Positions 25,611 through 39,800 of a stretch of DNA of 64,000 nucleotides are shown one piece after another. Origin of the DNA: Tubulanus polymorphus (Eukaryota > Animalia > Nemertea); NCBI RefSeq assembly GCF_964204645.1, contig NC_134028.1, positions 3,472,001-3,536,000 of the forward strand. Direction: 5' to 3'. Both the position numbers and the translations under genes were made by a program. Position 1 is the stretch's first letter, and each line of letters begins with the position of its first letter. The notes beneath the pieces are model-generated. The model worked only from the letters and a program-made list of their open reading frames with translations, was not told where the DNA came from and ran no database searches.

Positions 25611-28600
25611 CTCCTCTACGAAATCAAATTGAATTACTAAATGATTTAAACATGTGATGTGAATATCTGTTTGAATTTGAATATCTCAGCGGGATCTCCA
25701 AGTTTTAACGTCCTATCGTAGGAATTAATGACATGAATATTTTTGAATTGAAAAAAAATGATGGATGTTCAAGTGCTCTAAAGCGCGCTAGAAATCCTGT
25801 CATACGAGTTGTAAACAGGCACTACAAAATCCAAAATAAAAGATGGCAAAAATCAGCATACTATTATCGCAGTGAATGAAAAGCAATTTCTGCGTCTTAT
25901 GCTGTTTTTTAGTTGTAGAACAGCTAATGCGCGATGGATTACGAGTGCTGTTCTTATGCCGTTCATTCACCTGACAACCGAGTCGAACATTATGTCACGA
26001 TACAACACGATTGGGAAAGACAGTAAGAGAAATTGACGAGCCGTTATTATTTCAATATCTACTCAATCATAACCGACTGAAATGACAAGAAAACTAACGT
26101 TCTTATCTAGCGTACATCTAATTGCATGCGGTTCAGTTCATCAACATTTTCTATCGGGCTTCTTCGTGTTCCTCGTCATATAAGAGATATCAAAGTCATC
26201 GCTTGCGCAAAACATTCAGACGGCTAAGGGTATATGAAAAATATCTAACAAATCATCTCAGAACTCTTTCTCCATTTACCTTGAAGGTAACGAAAAAGGC
26301 AAGCCAGCGTAGAGTATATTAGCGAATACTTACAAGACTATGAAACGTGGAGATGGCAATTTTTATTCAGTGATGGCTAGTTGGATGTAAGTTGTTTTGA
26401 AAAGTAGGATCTATTTAGAGATGTATATCCTTTCGTCAACGATCAATGATGCTACGGTTCTCTTGTATATCTATCGGGCATCCAAACCTATATGTCACGG
26501 TATATAAGCTAAAAGCATCGAACATTTTTACTCGAGGCCTTCTCGCATTAAAGCACACGTCGAGACAGCGCGCCGCTTTTCAGTAACTTTAAATCTTTAA
26601 AAGCTTTCTGATGTGATATTCAACTCGGAAACGGTCGTATGAATAAACACGATGTGGATTATTCGTTTTAGCTTTAATGTCGGCACCAGTCGCACGATGG
26701 GAAATGGTGGCAAAAGTACAATAGCTGAAATTCCGTTAAGACATACAGTTCGAGATGCAACCCATCAAGCGAACAAACAAAGCTTAACGATGCTCTTTAC
26801 ATAACTCTTAACCGAAAGTTCTACAATATTGGCTCGAGTCGCGTGTTAATTAATTTATCTGTTGTACAGACACCCCTTGTTGTTGTGTAAAAGGGCGTGT
26901 AATGCAATCAACCGCAATGATTATGTACTCGGTCTTAATATCTCATGATTGAAAGTCATATTGACGAAGGAAGATCATATTCATTTTTATTTTCCTTTCA
27001 CGCATTTAAACAGACTCGTGGTCCTTATTGCGCCGGTTCTGAAGCAAATTTTGAATAAATTGAGAATTGACATGTTCGATATGCGTTGCTCCGATGAAGA
27101 AGTAATGTATGTACATATGGTTTACGCGCTGGTATTTGCATTCAGTCTCATTCAAGTATCTGTCTAAACAGGAATTACATGTGTCATTTAACTTGTCACC
27201 AGACGCACCACCGAAAATGGTAGGTTTTCGACAAGAACACACCAGAGACTTGTTGACTTTGAATTGCATAAGATGGATGCAAAAACCGTTGGCCATGAAA
27301 CTTCAGGTTTGTCACGTCCTTGGCACGTGATGATTGCGAAGGTAGTGCTGACTATGCACGTAGGCGGCTCGGTCTATGAAATTAATTCGAAGCCGTTTGT
27401 TCGGTGAATTAGAGTGAAAAATTGTATTTATCTTCGAAATAAAATATTAACGACCGAATATTCCCATTGCGGCGGTAGAGTAACCAGATGATATACCGCA
27501 TTTGAACACACTCCCCGACCATGCACGACGCTGTTTGAGTTTACGGAAGAGTTTCCCATAGCGGCGTGAAGCGTGAAATCGATCAACAAGTATTGGGGCC
27601 GTCATTGTCTTTCCGAGGAATGATAAAAACTGTTTAATTAAATCTTACCACGGAGATCTAACTAACCGAGGTTACATCGCTTACATATTCACTTGAGAAA
27701 TATCAGTCAAGGATGAGGGTCGCATGGAATGGAGGCATCTCTCGAGGAGATGATTTGTCGTTGAATATTCAGGATGGACCTGTTTTGATACGCCTCGTAT
27801 CGTTCGAACAGTCACGAATTCGAAATCGTTGCTCGCTACAAATTCTCCTCTCGCCGAACAGGAAAAGATTCATAAATTCTTAAAAGTCATCGTGGCTTCG
27901 GTGCACCGGGGAATTCTGCAATATTTGAGCCGAACGGAGTAAATGTTTAATGTAAATTGTCGAGAGCGCGCTGCAAGTCGGCGACAACTCGACGTCGTTT
28001 ATTCTAGCATCCCCGCGAGTGTTGACGACTTGTGCTGAGCTCAGGTCGTTGTGAGCCCAGGAGAATATGACGCGTATACCCGTTCCCGGCGCATCTATTA
28101 TCGAACTGAAACATTCGCGAGCTTCGCGGTATAACATTAAACGACTGAATTTGTCCTAGAAATTAAGTCTCGATGTACTTGACAATTATCATTTCAAGTA
28201 CATTGCGATCTCCGATTTCAACTGACAAACCCTTCACAATCATGCAAATTTCCATAATACCAATCATCTAATCGGCCCCACTTTTTGGTATTCCGTTAAA
28301 TAATTCGAATTATATCAAACATTTGCATAACGTTTGAATATTCATTATTCAATTTTTCTACGCCTTACCACATCAGCGACTTAAACCCGAGTAATGTGGT
28401 GCATTCTGAAATCCCTGATGCATGACGATCACTCACGTTCGCGCACCTGCCCGTATTTTTTACATTAAAAGCACCTGCATCTAAATGAACAATTCCCCTG
28501 CCTAAAAAGTTTTGGATCCATTTTCCCTAGTGGTATGCAGATTTATGATAGATGTCTTGATAATTTTTTGCCTGTTTGCAGAATGAACACACAGCTACAG

Positions 28601-28735
28601 TGTAGTAGAAAGGGCACACTTGGACGATGGTGAATAAATCATATAGTTTAAAACCCATTGACTAGTCTCTACGTCGCATATTTCTAGAATTTCAACTTTC
28701 AATAATAAATTTCCTTTTTAATCTTATATTTGTAA

Positions 28736-28873
28736 GGGGCTGCAGTTGCTGAAAAGTTGTTTAGAGTTAACTAGTGGATAGTTGAGATCGGGACATTTAA
28801 AAGTTCATCGTCGAGTATTTATCCGCCGGTTATCTTGAACCCCTGCGGCCCCTGTGCCTGCGACTGCAGCCCC
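28736..28873. mobile_element. PIF/Harbinger-like MITE; related copy at ~63329-63463
   Basis: TIR GGGGCTGCAGT / ACTGCAGCCCC; internal GTTAAC(T/C)AGTGGATA shared with the 63329 copy. Confidence 0.6.
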
Positions 28874-29747
28874 TGTGTTCTAACCATATTTCTTCTCGAA
28901 CCGTTTGTACGGAACGTCACGACAGTATCGGAAGCCTAGTGGTGAAACAGTATGCGAGAAACATGAAATTATCGCCGGTGAACACTTATCATTAATTCTT
29001 GATTATCCGTTATTAATTGTGATGAAACATCGCGGCAACGGAACCACCTGATGTAGTCTGTATTCGTCTGCGCACAGCTTGCATCGCAATCCACGCACAC
29101 ACGCCAGATGCTACACGTCTACCAACTATTCATCCTCGTACAGAAAAGCTATAATAACATCAGTTCGGGAAACCTTGAGACTCAGTTAACGGGTAATTCC
29201 CAGAACATCGGAAAAATTAATCTATTGCGCACGAGCAGGGCAATCAACCCGATAGTGTTCATTTCGAGTACCATTTCATGTTTTGATACGCTGAATAGCG
29301 GCAGTTTATACTCAGACTTCATCAACTTCTAAGTCTCGGGGATCAAACTAATTTTTGTTCGTTAAATTTACCGTCACATGTTTGCGATAATCCAGGCATT
29401 AACTGCAGCAGCAGCTCGACGACAGTGAATGAATAGCGACGTTAATTAAAATACAATACGCCAGCGGCTTTTTTCATACCGCCGAAATCGTCTTCAGAGA
29501 AATAAACCCGCTTGAAACGCAGCAAAATTCAGAAATTTGAAATAAACACTGCCTGCTATATATGAATAAGGTCATGTGAAATTTAAAAAAAAACTAACGC
29601 TTTTTCGTAGACGTCTACGAGTCCCCAGAATCGTCACTATTCTATTAATCAAGAGAGATCCAGGCACAAATTTGAATGAAAACTATACTGCGTGTATATA
29701 CCTGATAAGTCGAGATGATTCGCAATATCCGTGTAAGACGAATACAT

Positions 29748-29915
29748 GAGAAAAATCCCTCAATAATTCAGCCAAAGTTTCATGCGTAACATTATGAGCA
29801 ATGTTTCGGTGAGAACGCCTGATGATGAGTCTTTAGCCGAAACAAAATATACATGTATATACTCTGTAACTCAAGAACTTTGTACCTGTGGCTGAATGAT
29901 TGTGGGATCTCTCTC
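29748..29915 (+). mobile_element. Penelope-like fold-back with hammerhead-like core
   Basis: Imperfect inverted termini ATCCCTCAATAATTCAGCCA / TGGCTGAATGATTGTGGGAT; CTGATGA (29819) ... GAAAC (29839). Confidence 0.5.
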
Positions 29916-32900
29916 GTATATAGAGTATATACCTGTATAGTACTGGTCGTGGAAGCAAATTCCAGTGATCGTTACTCACTGAAAGATGACACTATAAGAC
30001 TATACTACAATCGGAATTAGTTTCATCGTCCGTCGCTGGCGTAAAGCCATGTGTCAGCCTCAATCGTATTAGCTTCGGGTGACAATGATTGTTTATACCT
30101 GGGATTAAATTCAGTTTCAGCACCTCGAGCGAGAGCCGCGATTAGGTAGTAACTCGATAAACGCGTATTCATCGGTTTACACCGACTTTAGTATTGCGGC
30201 TTGAAATGTGCGGCTACGAGACGCTAAATAACGCGGTCGACTCTCGAGGTGCCGGACACCCGGTGATAACCGTGTCTAAAATCAGTTGAACACGAGGCGG
30301 TGATCTCACTTGATAATGTGAATCGAAATCAACAATTTTACGACAAATTCCGCAGAATTATTTTTCTAAATTTTTCACAGACTTCGACGGACGTGACATG
30401 ACCACACATGACAATATGAAAGAGTTCCTTTACCGGTACTTCGAGCGCCGTGTACAAATTACAAATCGCACTACTAAGGAGATTCATTTACGCTGAATGA
30501 AATTCCTGAAAAATGCGACTGTTTGCGATGATAGAATCGTCGAGCCAAATGAATTGCGTCAGTCGGTATAGCTGGAGCTGAACGGTTAGAATCGTCTGTG
30601 TGGTTCATCTCTCGTTGAACGTGAGATTCATATGATTAATATCGCGTCAAACACCTGCTTTTCGTGCATTATTAAAACGGACATAAAACGGGCAAATTTT
30701 AACGAGAAAAATAATATACAACATTCATTCTTATACGACATGCACTTTATCTACACTTTGCATGTTCAACCTTAATAAGAACTGTAAATTTCACAGTTTC
30801 ATACGTGAAATTCTTTATATTACACTTAGGCCACCTTTTTTGTTCAAAATGCTCAACGCAAATATTCGACGAGATACCATTCCGCATTTCAGTCTCTGAT
30901 GAAAAGCTAATGTGTAATTTGTTTTTATCATCGTAATGAAAAGATCAACGATATTTTCATTATGTATTTTTTTATGTATTTTTTCCAACGAGACCCGAAT
31001 AACCAGAACTTACCTATATGAAATATCTAAGCGGATTTCGCAATTGAAGTCGTGTTTCTAGTTTGTATCGTACGTGCGTAATCCCTTTTGTTGAAACTAT
31101 ATTTGTAAAGTTTTCATCGTCGGTTTGTTTTCATCACGATAGGAGATAATCCAGCTCTGCACGCTCGTTACTGAACTGATGTGACGAATAACCGCTCGCT
31201 CTGTCAGACGCCGTTCGGCCTGCGATGTCATAAGCGCGTGGCGCTGCAACGATAATCCTCAACCGGAGTTCGTACTCTCTTGCCTCTCGCTTCTCGGCAA
31301 ATCATTGTCGAAAAGCAACTACTGAAACCAATCAAATCAACATTCTACTATTCGGTGTACAACGCTACTTGATGCAAAATAGTGAACTATTCCCTTTTAT
31401 AGCACGACGAAGATTTTTCGTCGAGGAGCTAACTGATCATAATGAACTAAACCAGAGCTTTTTTTCTTAATTACTTGGATGACGCATTTTTTCAGTCACA
31501 TTTCAAAGGGAGAAGGGAAAGAATTTTAAAGCAAAAAATATATATTTTTAACATTTATAGAAAATTAAAGAAATCGTCTCTTTTGTTTATTCATACATTT
31601 CCATCAGCAGATCTGTAAACCAATTAAAACAGTTTAAAAAAGGCCGGACAACCTTAAAACAGATAAGTCAGTTGTACAATTAACATTTTTCGTCATAGAA
31701 CAAAATGTACTAAAGTCGGTTCACAGAAGCCTCATCTTATAGTATTTTAAGCCCCAATCCTCTGTGACGTAAGGGGCACACAGCGCTGTTAATCGAATAA
31801 AAAAAGAATGGGAAAGTTGATAAAATTTGCACACATCATTACAGCTGAGTACGTCTGTTCCGAGTCATAGTGTTACACAGGTTATTATGCGTGTCATCAA
31901 CATTCGTATCGTGGTGTCATTGGTATTTTTTTCAGAAATTGGTTCGGGAATATACAAAATACTGAAGAACCCTAGGGATCTGTTCTCTGCGAATAATCTA
32001 TAATTAGTTTCAGCAAGATATTGGTTCTGGCTGTTCTACGTACATAAGAAGCATATTAAACGAAAATGACATCGAACAATATATTGCATTTCGGTTCAGA
32101 AGCGGTGTTAATCATGTATAGCGGATGGAAAAAATAGCTATTGAACTCTTATATCTAGTTGTTGACCGCGTTGACCGCATCTCTAGCTGGCATTTACTTG
32201 TTAAACATGAGCCACCGCAGATAAATTGGTTGCCCAAACTCACGTTCGGAAAAAGCGAGTTCCTGTAATGACGGTAAAAACTGCCGTATGAATACGGTAA
32301 GACTCATATTACGTATTCTTCATTCCTTGGATATTGAATATTATGTCAGACATTGGCGTCGACAACTCCTATTCCATCCACGATGACTTCGATGTTCTAA
32401 ACGCATGATTGCAAGGATTTCCGCCATCAATTTCTAGCTATTCCGAACGGTACAGAATCCAAAGTTTTGTCGTTTGGCCTAAAGAGCTTTCCTCGCTATG
32501 GAGATAAGGGCAGTTCGACATCAATAAATATCGTACGAGAGACTCTTCTCGCGTCTTGCGTGAAACGGAGTTTGTGTTGGTCGAGGGTTTTGAGAGAAGC
32601 TCTTTGAAGAACGAACACCATCGTTCGTGCTGTATTCGCGGAAAATGGCGCAGCATTTTCAACTGTTAAGTAAACGCCATCATCTCGTTCGGGTAAAATG
32701 TATTCAGTTGATGGCTTTTCTTGACTAAAATCGCAATATATCATAGACGCCTGTCACGGCGAAATCTTCCTTTCTCCTCACTCAATTTTCCGTTCGAAAT
32801 TGACGATAGGAAAAAAGTCGACATGCTGTAATTGATATGTTATGGGTCACGGACAGCGTCTATGACCGAGGGTTACTGCTTGTCCAGTCTTACGATGAAC

Positions 32901-33253
32901 TTGTCGATGACAGAACGTTTCAAATCTCTACATACGGTGACAAGTAATCGATGAACGTCGGATATCGTTGTATATTGATGTGTCAGTAGTTTGGTCTGAA
33001 GTTATCGAAATACCGAAAAGTTACAAGATCATGATTGGAATGGATCAGTATAGAAATCTGAACACCCACACCACACAGCGACGTTTGCTATACAGATTTT
33101 CTATTTTCCCCCATTTTCTCACTTCCCCAACGTGATCCTGTCAAACGATTTAATGGCTTCGTGCACTGAACCGGTTTGTTGCGGAGTCTGATTCCGACTA
33201 ATAGTATTAACCAGCGAGTAATTTACTAAAATATGTATGACTTCGTTCATATT

Positions 33254-33470
33254 GGGCGAACTTCGGTTTTTAGTCGACTATTTGCGAACTAAGTGAAACC
33301 GAATATCAGTTAGTCGGAACCATAATCCGGAAATAGTCGACCACGGGATTAAACACGATCGCTGTAATTCGACCTAGTTCCAAGATGGCCGACAGCGTGT
33401 ACTGCGTAAGTGGTGCGTTCGATTATCAGCTCCGAGCACTAGTGGTCGACTCCGATAAGCGAAATTCGCC
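33254..33470. mobile_element. MITE, relative of 20328-20514
   Basis: GGGCGAACTTCGG ... GCGAAATTCGCC termini and shared internal blocks. Confidence 0.55.
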
Positions 33471-35320
33471 TTGCTCTAGATGTCGCTAAAACTCAAACCA
33501 AATAGACATGAATGAAATGATATCCATTGAAATAAATATGGAATCGAGTAATGCTAGGAGAAACTGTAAGGGTCTATAATATCAAAAGGTCATACAGTCG
33601 TTTCAGTTTCAACCAATCAGAGTCATTCAAATGCCAGCAGCAACCAATCAGAATCGATGTAACAAATTCACGACAGTCGATGTTGTCTATGTATTCTTTT
33701 AGAAAAGATAGATTTAACCATCTTCATTGAAATAATTGGCTTTTGGATTAAGGATTTATTTGTCGTATTTATTTGGTACATATATATATGCATGTGTTTG
33801 ATACGTTGATGTATCGTTAATTAAGTTTGCTTCGACGAGTATTTTCCGTCGCAAAGCTTTCAGCTAGCCGCCAAGATAAGCATTTCTAGTTTCCTATTTG
33901 TGTGATTTACAATCGAATTAGCCGCGCAAAAAGCTGCCGATCTCGCATCGGAATATCATTATTCATAAGAAAATTAGTGTAGTACATTACACGCGAATCT
34001 TTCAGGATGAAGTTTGATTCAGTAAGTCGTCGTCGTCGTCGTCGTGTTCGTCGCGCGTTTCATGTTATTTATTTGATGTGGAAAGCCGAACGTTGGCTAT
34101 CGCTGCTAAATTGATAGAATTAGAACGCGCGCAGCTATCGCACAATGACATCGATCTTACCGAATTTCTACCCATAAGGATTACTCGTACTATACCTCAG
34201 AATCTTCTCATTACATCGCCACCGAGTAAAATAGCACAATTTCTACGCTATTTAACGGTCTACCCGCCGACCGAAATCAATTTGCTTCAAGCAACGGGAT
34301 CTCCAATATCCGAGAAAGTCGTTTATTCGCAGAGGCCAATAGAATAAGACAGCGACCGGCAAAGTATCGACCTATTTCTCAGTCATGTCTACTGTGGAGA
34401 TAGCTCTGTCTAAATATGTAAATACATTAATTCAACGAAATACTCTTCGGATGGCTCGTTCGAATCGAATCGTCTACACGTATCCGGTCGGGTAATTACC
34501 GTAGAGATGACAAAAAAACAGTTCAAACCGTTCACAGGGAGTATTTTTGTTTCCATTGAAGCTCGCAGTCATCTAATGAGATCAAAGGTGAAATAGTCGG
34601 GAAAAGAATACGCGACAGTCGAACAATTTGACGAATTCAACAAAAAGTTGTTCTAATCTTCCACTACACATTTACAAGCGTAGGCGTAGGACTCCAAAGT
34701 TTGGGCTTTCTAGACGAGCCTCATTAGCTGGCTTGTTGGCTTCTATCCGCAAAGGTGGTTCGTATCCCATATTTCCCGACGCAATTCACCATAAATTACA
34801 TCGACAACTAAACAAATTAGAAAGAATAACGAGGGCATTTTTTTTAAAGAAAATACTTATACTTGTATATAACTTTATTCCAAAACCAGCATTTGAGATT
34901 GAGGAAAAACCGACAGTTTTTCGACCCATTCTAAATTACAGTAGAGAGAGAGAGAAGGATAGAGAACAATATATTACTTTATTCATACAAATATTTCCCA
35001 TAAAACATCAATTACACACATACAACACATGCATTATGCTGCATTTATTCAGATTCAGCCCATTTTATAGCACAACCAATAAATGTGGCCTTAAATGGTA
35101 TATAATGTGACCAAAATAGCGATATTTGTTGACAAAAATAATTTTCATTGCATAATTGTGTGAAGGAATTACATTAGAAAACACAACTCTATATATTGCA
35201 TTCGATTTTTATCCACCGCTGGAATTGTAACATTTCTCGTGATAACAGTTTGTACCTCTTGTGAAATCCTACATCCTCCTTCTATTGATACAGAACTTGC
35301 ATGGATCGAGATCCACAGAT

Positions 35321-35614
35321 CATGGTTCCCACAGTTATATGAATTCAAAATATAAGTATCTCATAGATGATTTTTCAATTTTCCCAAATATCGTCATGCA
35401 ACAGTCAACATTTTAGCGGTGACTGGTTGATAAAGGTGATTTTCAAGGGAAATTGCCGAAGAAAGTTGCCCTTGATAAATCCAATATGTGAAATGTAATG
35501 AATTTCCCAGGTATTTCCCTGATTTGAGGAAAATTTTTCATATTCCCAAATATTTCCATACCGGGAATTATTATTACAAAATTTTCCCAATTTCCCTGCT
35601 CTGTGGGAACCATG
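35321..35614. mobile_element. MITE with 14-bp TIR and 6-bp TSD, in the probable TXNDC11 3' UTR
   Basis: CATGGTTCCCACAG ... CTGTGGGAACCATG, flanked by ACAGAT on both sides; internal TTTCCC repeats. Confidence 0.75.
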
Positions 35615-36289
35615 ACAGATCCAAAAATTCAAATTCATGACAAAAGAGTCGTGTTCGTTATAGGCCCTAAAGTTATAGAGAAACACGGATTCTAAATATC
35701 CCCTCGCTGCATACAGGACGTGATAATAATCATTTGGAATGATGAATAGCACCAAATTCAGGAGTACCTTCTCGACACCTTTTCATCGACTCGAGTGACA
35801 CTATCTTATTACATGTAAATCCACGGTAGCAAACACAGTAAAAATCTCATTTTTGAACGAATGAATAAATAAAAAATCTATTATTGTATAGAAACATCTC
35901 AAATTATTATTCATTTATATATTTTCTTTTCCGGGACCTACATTACCGCTCTTCAGGCATAGCGCATGAAGAGGCTCCCGAAAGCGTCTGCAGCAATTTC
36001 TTTCCTCACGACATTCGAAAATGAGAATTCTACTATGGATTTTCAACTGAAAATTCTCTACCAAACATCTACCGTATCATATAGTAAAACAGTGAATTGC
36101 TTCGTATGCGTGAAGCTTATAGGATTAAAGGGAAAACAGTTCTGCCTAGCACACTCCAAATAAAATGACCAAACCAATATTGAATTCCGCAGAGGATTTT
36201 TCATGATATGTTTCAGTAATTTCCCACGGGTTCGACTTACATGGCAAATTACGTACATTTTATAGATTTGTCTACAGGTTCAATAGGCA

Positions 36290-36848
36290 TCATAACTCAT
36301 CTCTGAGCTGAGCGGTTTGTTGCGCGGTGTTGGTCGAGCTTGTTTGGTATCTTAATTTTTCCCGTCGCACAAGATCCACCGCTTTCTCGTGGTCTAGCAG
36401 TAATGTCGTCAGTTTATGTAACTCCACGTGACTACTGGCGCTTTTTAACGCTTTATACAAACGTCTAGCCGCCTTCAGTTTCGCTTGTTTCACTCTCAAA
36501 TCCCATTCTTGCGAACGCAGGTCGTTTTCTAACGAAAACATCTCTTTTACGGTCGATTGCATCTTTGCATCCCCGTCGGTCTTGTCGAGCAGGGCAGCTT
36601 TCAATTCATCGACGCTGGCGACAATTTTGCTCAGCGAATCGACTCGTGACTGTAGGTAGGCGATGTCCTTGTTGTAGACTCGGATTTGTTTTGTGATCGA
36701 GGCCAGGTTTCGTTCGATACACGCCCGATTACACATTCCCAACAGCGTCTCGACCTTTAACTGACGCGAACAATGCTCCAACACGAACTGTATCATATTC
36801 GATAGATTCTGCACGAGTTCGCCAGGGAACGTCACGCTCTCCGACTTG
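36290..36848 (-). CDS. TXNDC11: TXNDC11 terminal exon (coiled coil, ends RDEL)
   Basis: Acceptor TTTTCCGCAG at 36849. The splice from exon 13 gives PAK-R-KSESVTFPGELVQNLSNMIQFVLEH, similar to human [26 protein letters not shown]. Confidence 0.85.
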
Positions 36849-39800
36849 CTGCGGAAAAAAAACAAAGAAAAATGTCTTAATTGCTAACATCTATAATTAA
36901 TCGTTTTCCTGCATCGGGCGCTTTGAGTAGCAGCTCCGTGCAGAATAGGAGTAGACTACAGCTATTTCTACTCTGAAGTCTCTCGCGAAACGACATATTA
37001 CATTTCAAATATCACATGACAGCTGAAATAAGATGAGTCCTGACATCATTCATTTATAACACAACCACTGCTCTCAGGCGTCGGTATTGACGCGTTTAAT
37101 TGAATTTCTATAAGTGACGGCTTTCTTTTGATAATTTAAGGAAACGAATGCTATAAGATTATTAAATAAAAAGAGCAGTATACGCTAATGCATGGAGGCA
37201 TAAATGCATGATGCGTATAGCGAGAAATCGCGATTTTGTTAGCAAGTATTAAACTGAACAGGGCGGCAAACCGGACGGCAAACCGGGCGGCAAACCTCCG
37301 AATCCTACAATTATAATGAAAAATCCGAGAATGTTTCCTTGAGCTAGTAGTTTATTCGACGTTCCAGGAAGGAAACATTTCTGGAATTTATATTTTTGTT
37401 ATTATAGTGGGATTCTCTATAGATTATCATCATAATACACGGATATAGTGTTTTAACAATGGTTAGGAAAGAAAATGTTCAAATCAATCAGTAACCAAAG
37501 TTAACATCTGCGTGAACATATTTCATTTATGTAAATAAGTTAAATCCAGTATTTCTTGTGACAAAATATTGAAAAATAATGAAAATTGGGGACAGTTTTA
37601 GCAGCTCTGAACTGAACGTTAACGCGACTAAGCGGGACTTACAGCCTCGTGAATGTGAGAATCGGACGAACTGACCCGCGAAACATATTCCAGGTGAAGT
37701 GTACACTGCGCGATCTTTCCGAATACTTAAACCAACTAACTACATCATACAACGGAAAAAAGATACCCTTGTATATGAAATGGGATCAAAATATATTATG
37801 CTAGCAATATATATGCGTTCAATTCGTATAATATACAGATTGTTGGCCTTGTCTAATAAATAATTCATACGCATCAACTTATGAGAGGGAAACGAGAGGA
37901 ATAGTCTATTACAGCGACAACGAACCGAGCTGACAAACACGACGCTACAGAATTCGAAAACATGGACTTATATCATAAAAATATCAAGATGGTTATTGAT
38001 TTGAATTCCCGATAGAGTCCCATCTCTACCAATATCGAGTGTAACGTTTTGACAAATGGCTCCGGCACACACGCGTCGACCGCAAAATACTCCGCAAACG
38101 ATTTCCTATAAAAGACGACTTTTCTTCGCATTTATCACGCGTAATTAGATCGGAGATGTTCACGAGACTAACCCCTAAACTACGACCCTCCGAGGCAGAA
38201 CGGAGAGAGAGAGAGAGAGATAACACCAGTCGCGTACTGTCAATAATTTCCATCCATTTCCATACGCTTCCCGAGTCGACCACAGGTCAATGGAATTAAC
38301 CAAAACAAACTTTTGTTCACGAGCTCAAAAAGGTCTAACCGCGGTATATGAATTGATGAGATTTTATGTCAATATCTATTCGAAGACATCCACTTTGGGC
38401 TCCTCTTCACGCGGATTCAAAAATTTGGAAAAAGCTTGGAAAAAAGGCTGAAAGTTTGTGAGAAAAGCAACCAGGAAGCGAAAAACTTTTTTGTAAAAGT
38501 TTCGCCAAGCACTAAACGTTGTAAGAAAAGCTTGTTAGAGCGAGGGTAGGGGGGCATTAAGGCGGCTTGTTCGTTTATCGGTAGACTGAGCCGAAAAGTG
38601 TCTTATCCCGTTAACTCAACGAGATAGCGCTCTTATTTCTGTCGAGAATATGCATCGTCGAAAGCTTTTAGCAAAATTAGTTATTTAGCCAACAAGATGT
38701 CGACGAGGGTATATCCGATCGCTGCAGCCGAGAAGAAAACAACGAGATCATTACGCCAAAACAAATGTCACCCGTTACGCAGTAAACACCATTCGCCGCG
38801 CAATCCGTTTACTCGCTGACCGATGAAGGTTTTCAGAAAACCCCAATCCAACAAATGTTGTTATAATCAATCCCCTCCCCGACGTACCGGCTGATTATAG
38901 CAGTAAAAAGCCTACATAACCTAGCGTGATCTATATCCAGGGAGCAAAGTGAATTCCCAGATCCCCGGAGTAAGTCGTGCGCTCGAACTTTGCATTCATT
39001 TGGGCGGAAAGAACATTAGTGAAAGAGAATGGCATTCGATAAGACGTCACAAACATCAAAGAAACAACATCTATCGGGACGAAAAAAGAAGTTTTCTCAT
39101 TAAATCACAGTTGTATTCAAATCGCGTAGGCGCACACACAAGTTCCGCCGTAAATACATAACCAGATCATGAATAGAGAATCCCTTGATATATAGTGCAT
39201 CAAATCAATTTCCAGCGTACACTGTGAAAATTGAATAAATATCTTATTCCTTCGCAGTTATTAAGTTAAATCCCCGGGTCGTCAAATGCCGGTGGCCCCA
39301 ACGATCCCGAACTGCCGATCATATTTCTGCGACTTATTAAACTCAATAGACGAGTTGTCTCCGGTGGCTGGGGCGTTTTTATTCAATTTACCCGGCAAAA
39401 ATATCGAATTTCGTCACTTTACCCAGGGACAAAAAAAAATCAAAAATAGATTTGACCAACCAAGTTTTATACTTATTTTTTCTTAAGAGGAATTGTTCTG
39501 GCGCGTTCGCTGCCTTTAAACCGAACATTCCTAGAAGATCTCGCACCGAGAAACTCGACTTGAAAATTAAAAACTGACACCATTATTTCAAGGCTTAAAA
39601 ACTTTTTAACGAAATCAATGCGACGAAGTGAAGCACTCAAAGCGGGAAACGACAGACTCCTCGGCGAACCGAACTGAAATTGAATTCCCACTCGTTTCAG
39701 CCGGGCAACTTAAAATCCATCTACAGAAATAAAACTCGTCGAAAATCATTCCCGTGAAGTTCACGCGGAAAACTGATTTGATTATTTTCGCTCGACGCGC

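Noticed and set aside
34628-35110. 160-aa plus-strand ORF
   Set aside because: Non-ATG start, no motifs, and antisense to the probable TXNDC11 3' UTR end.
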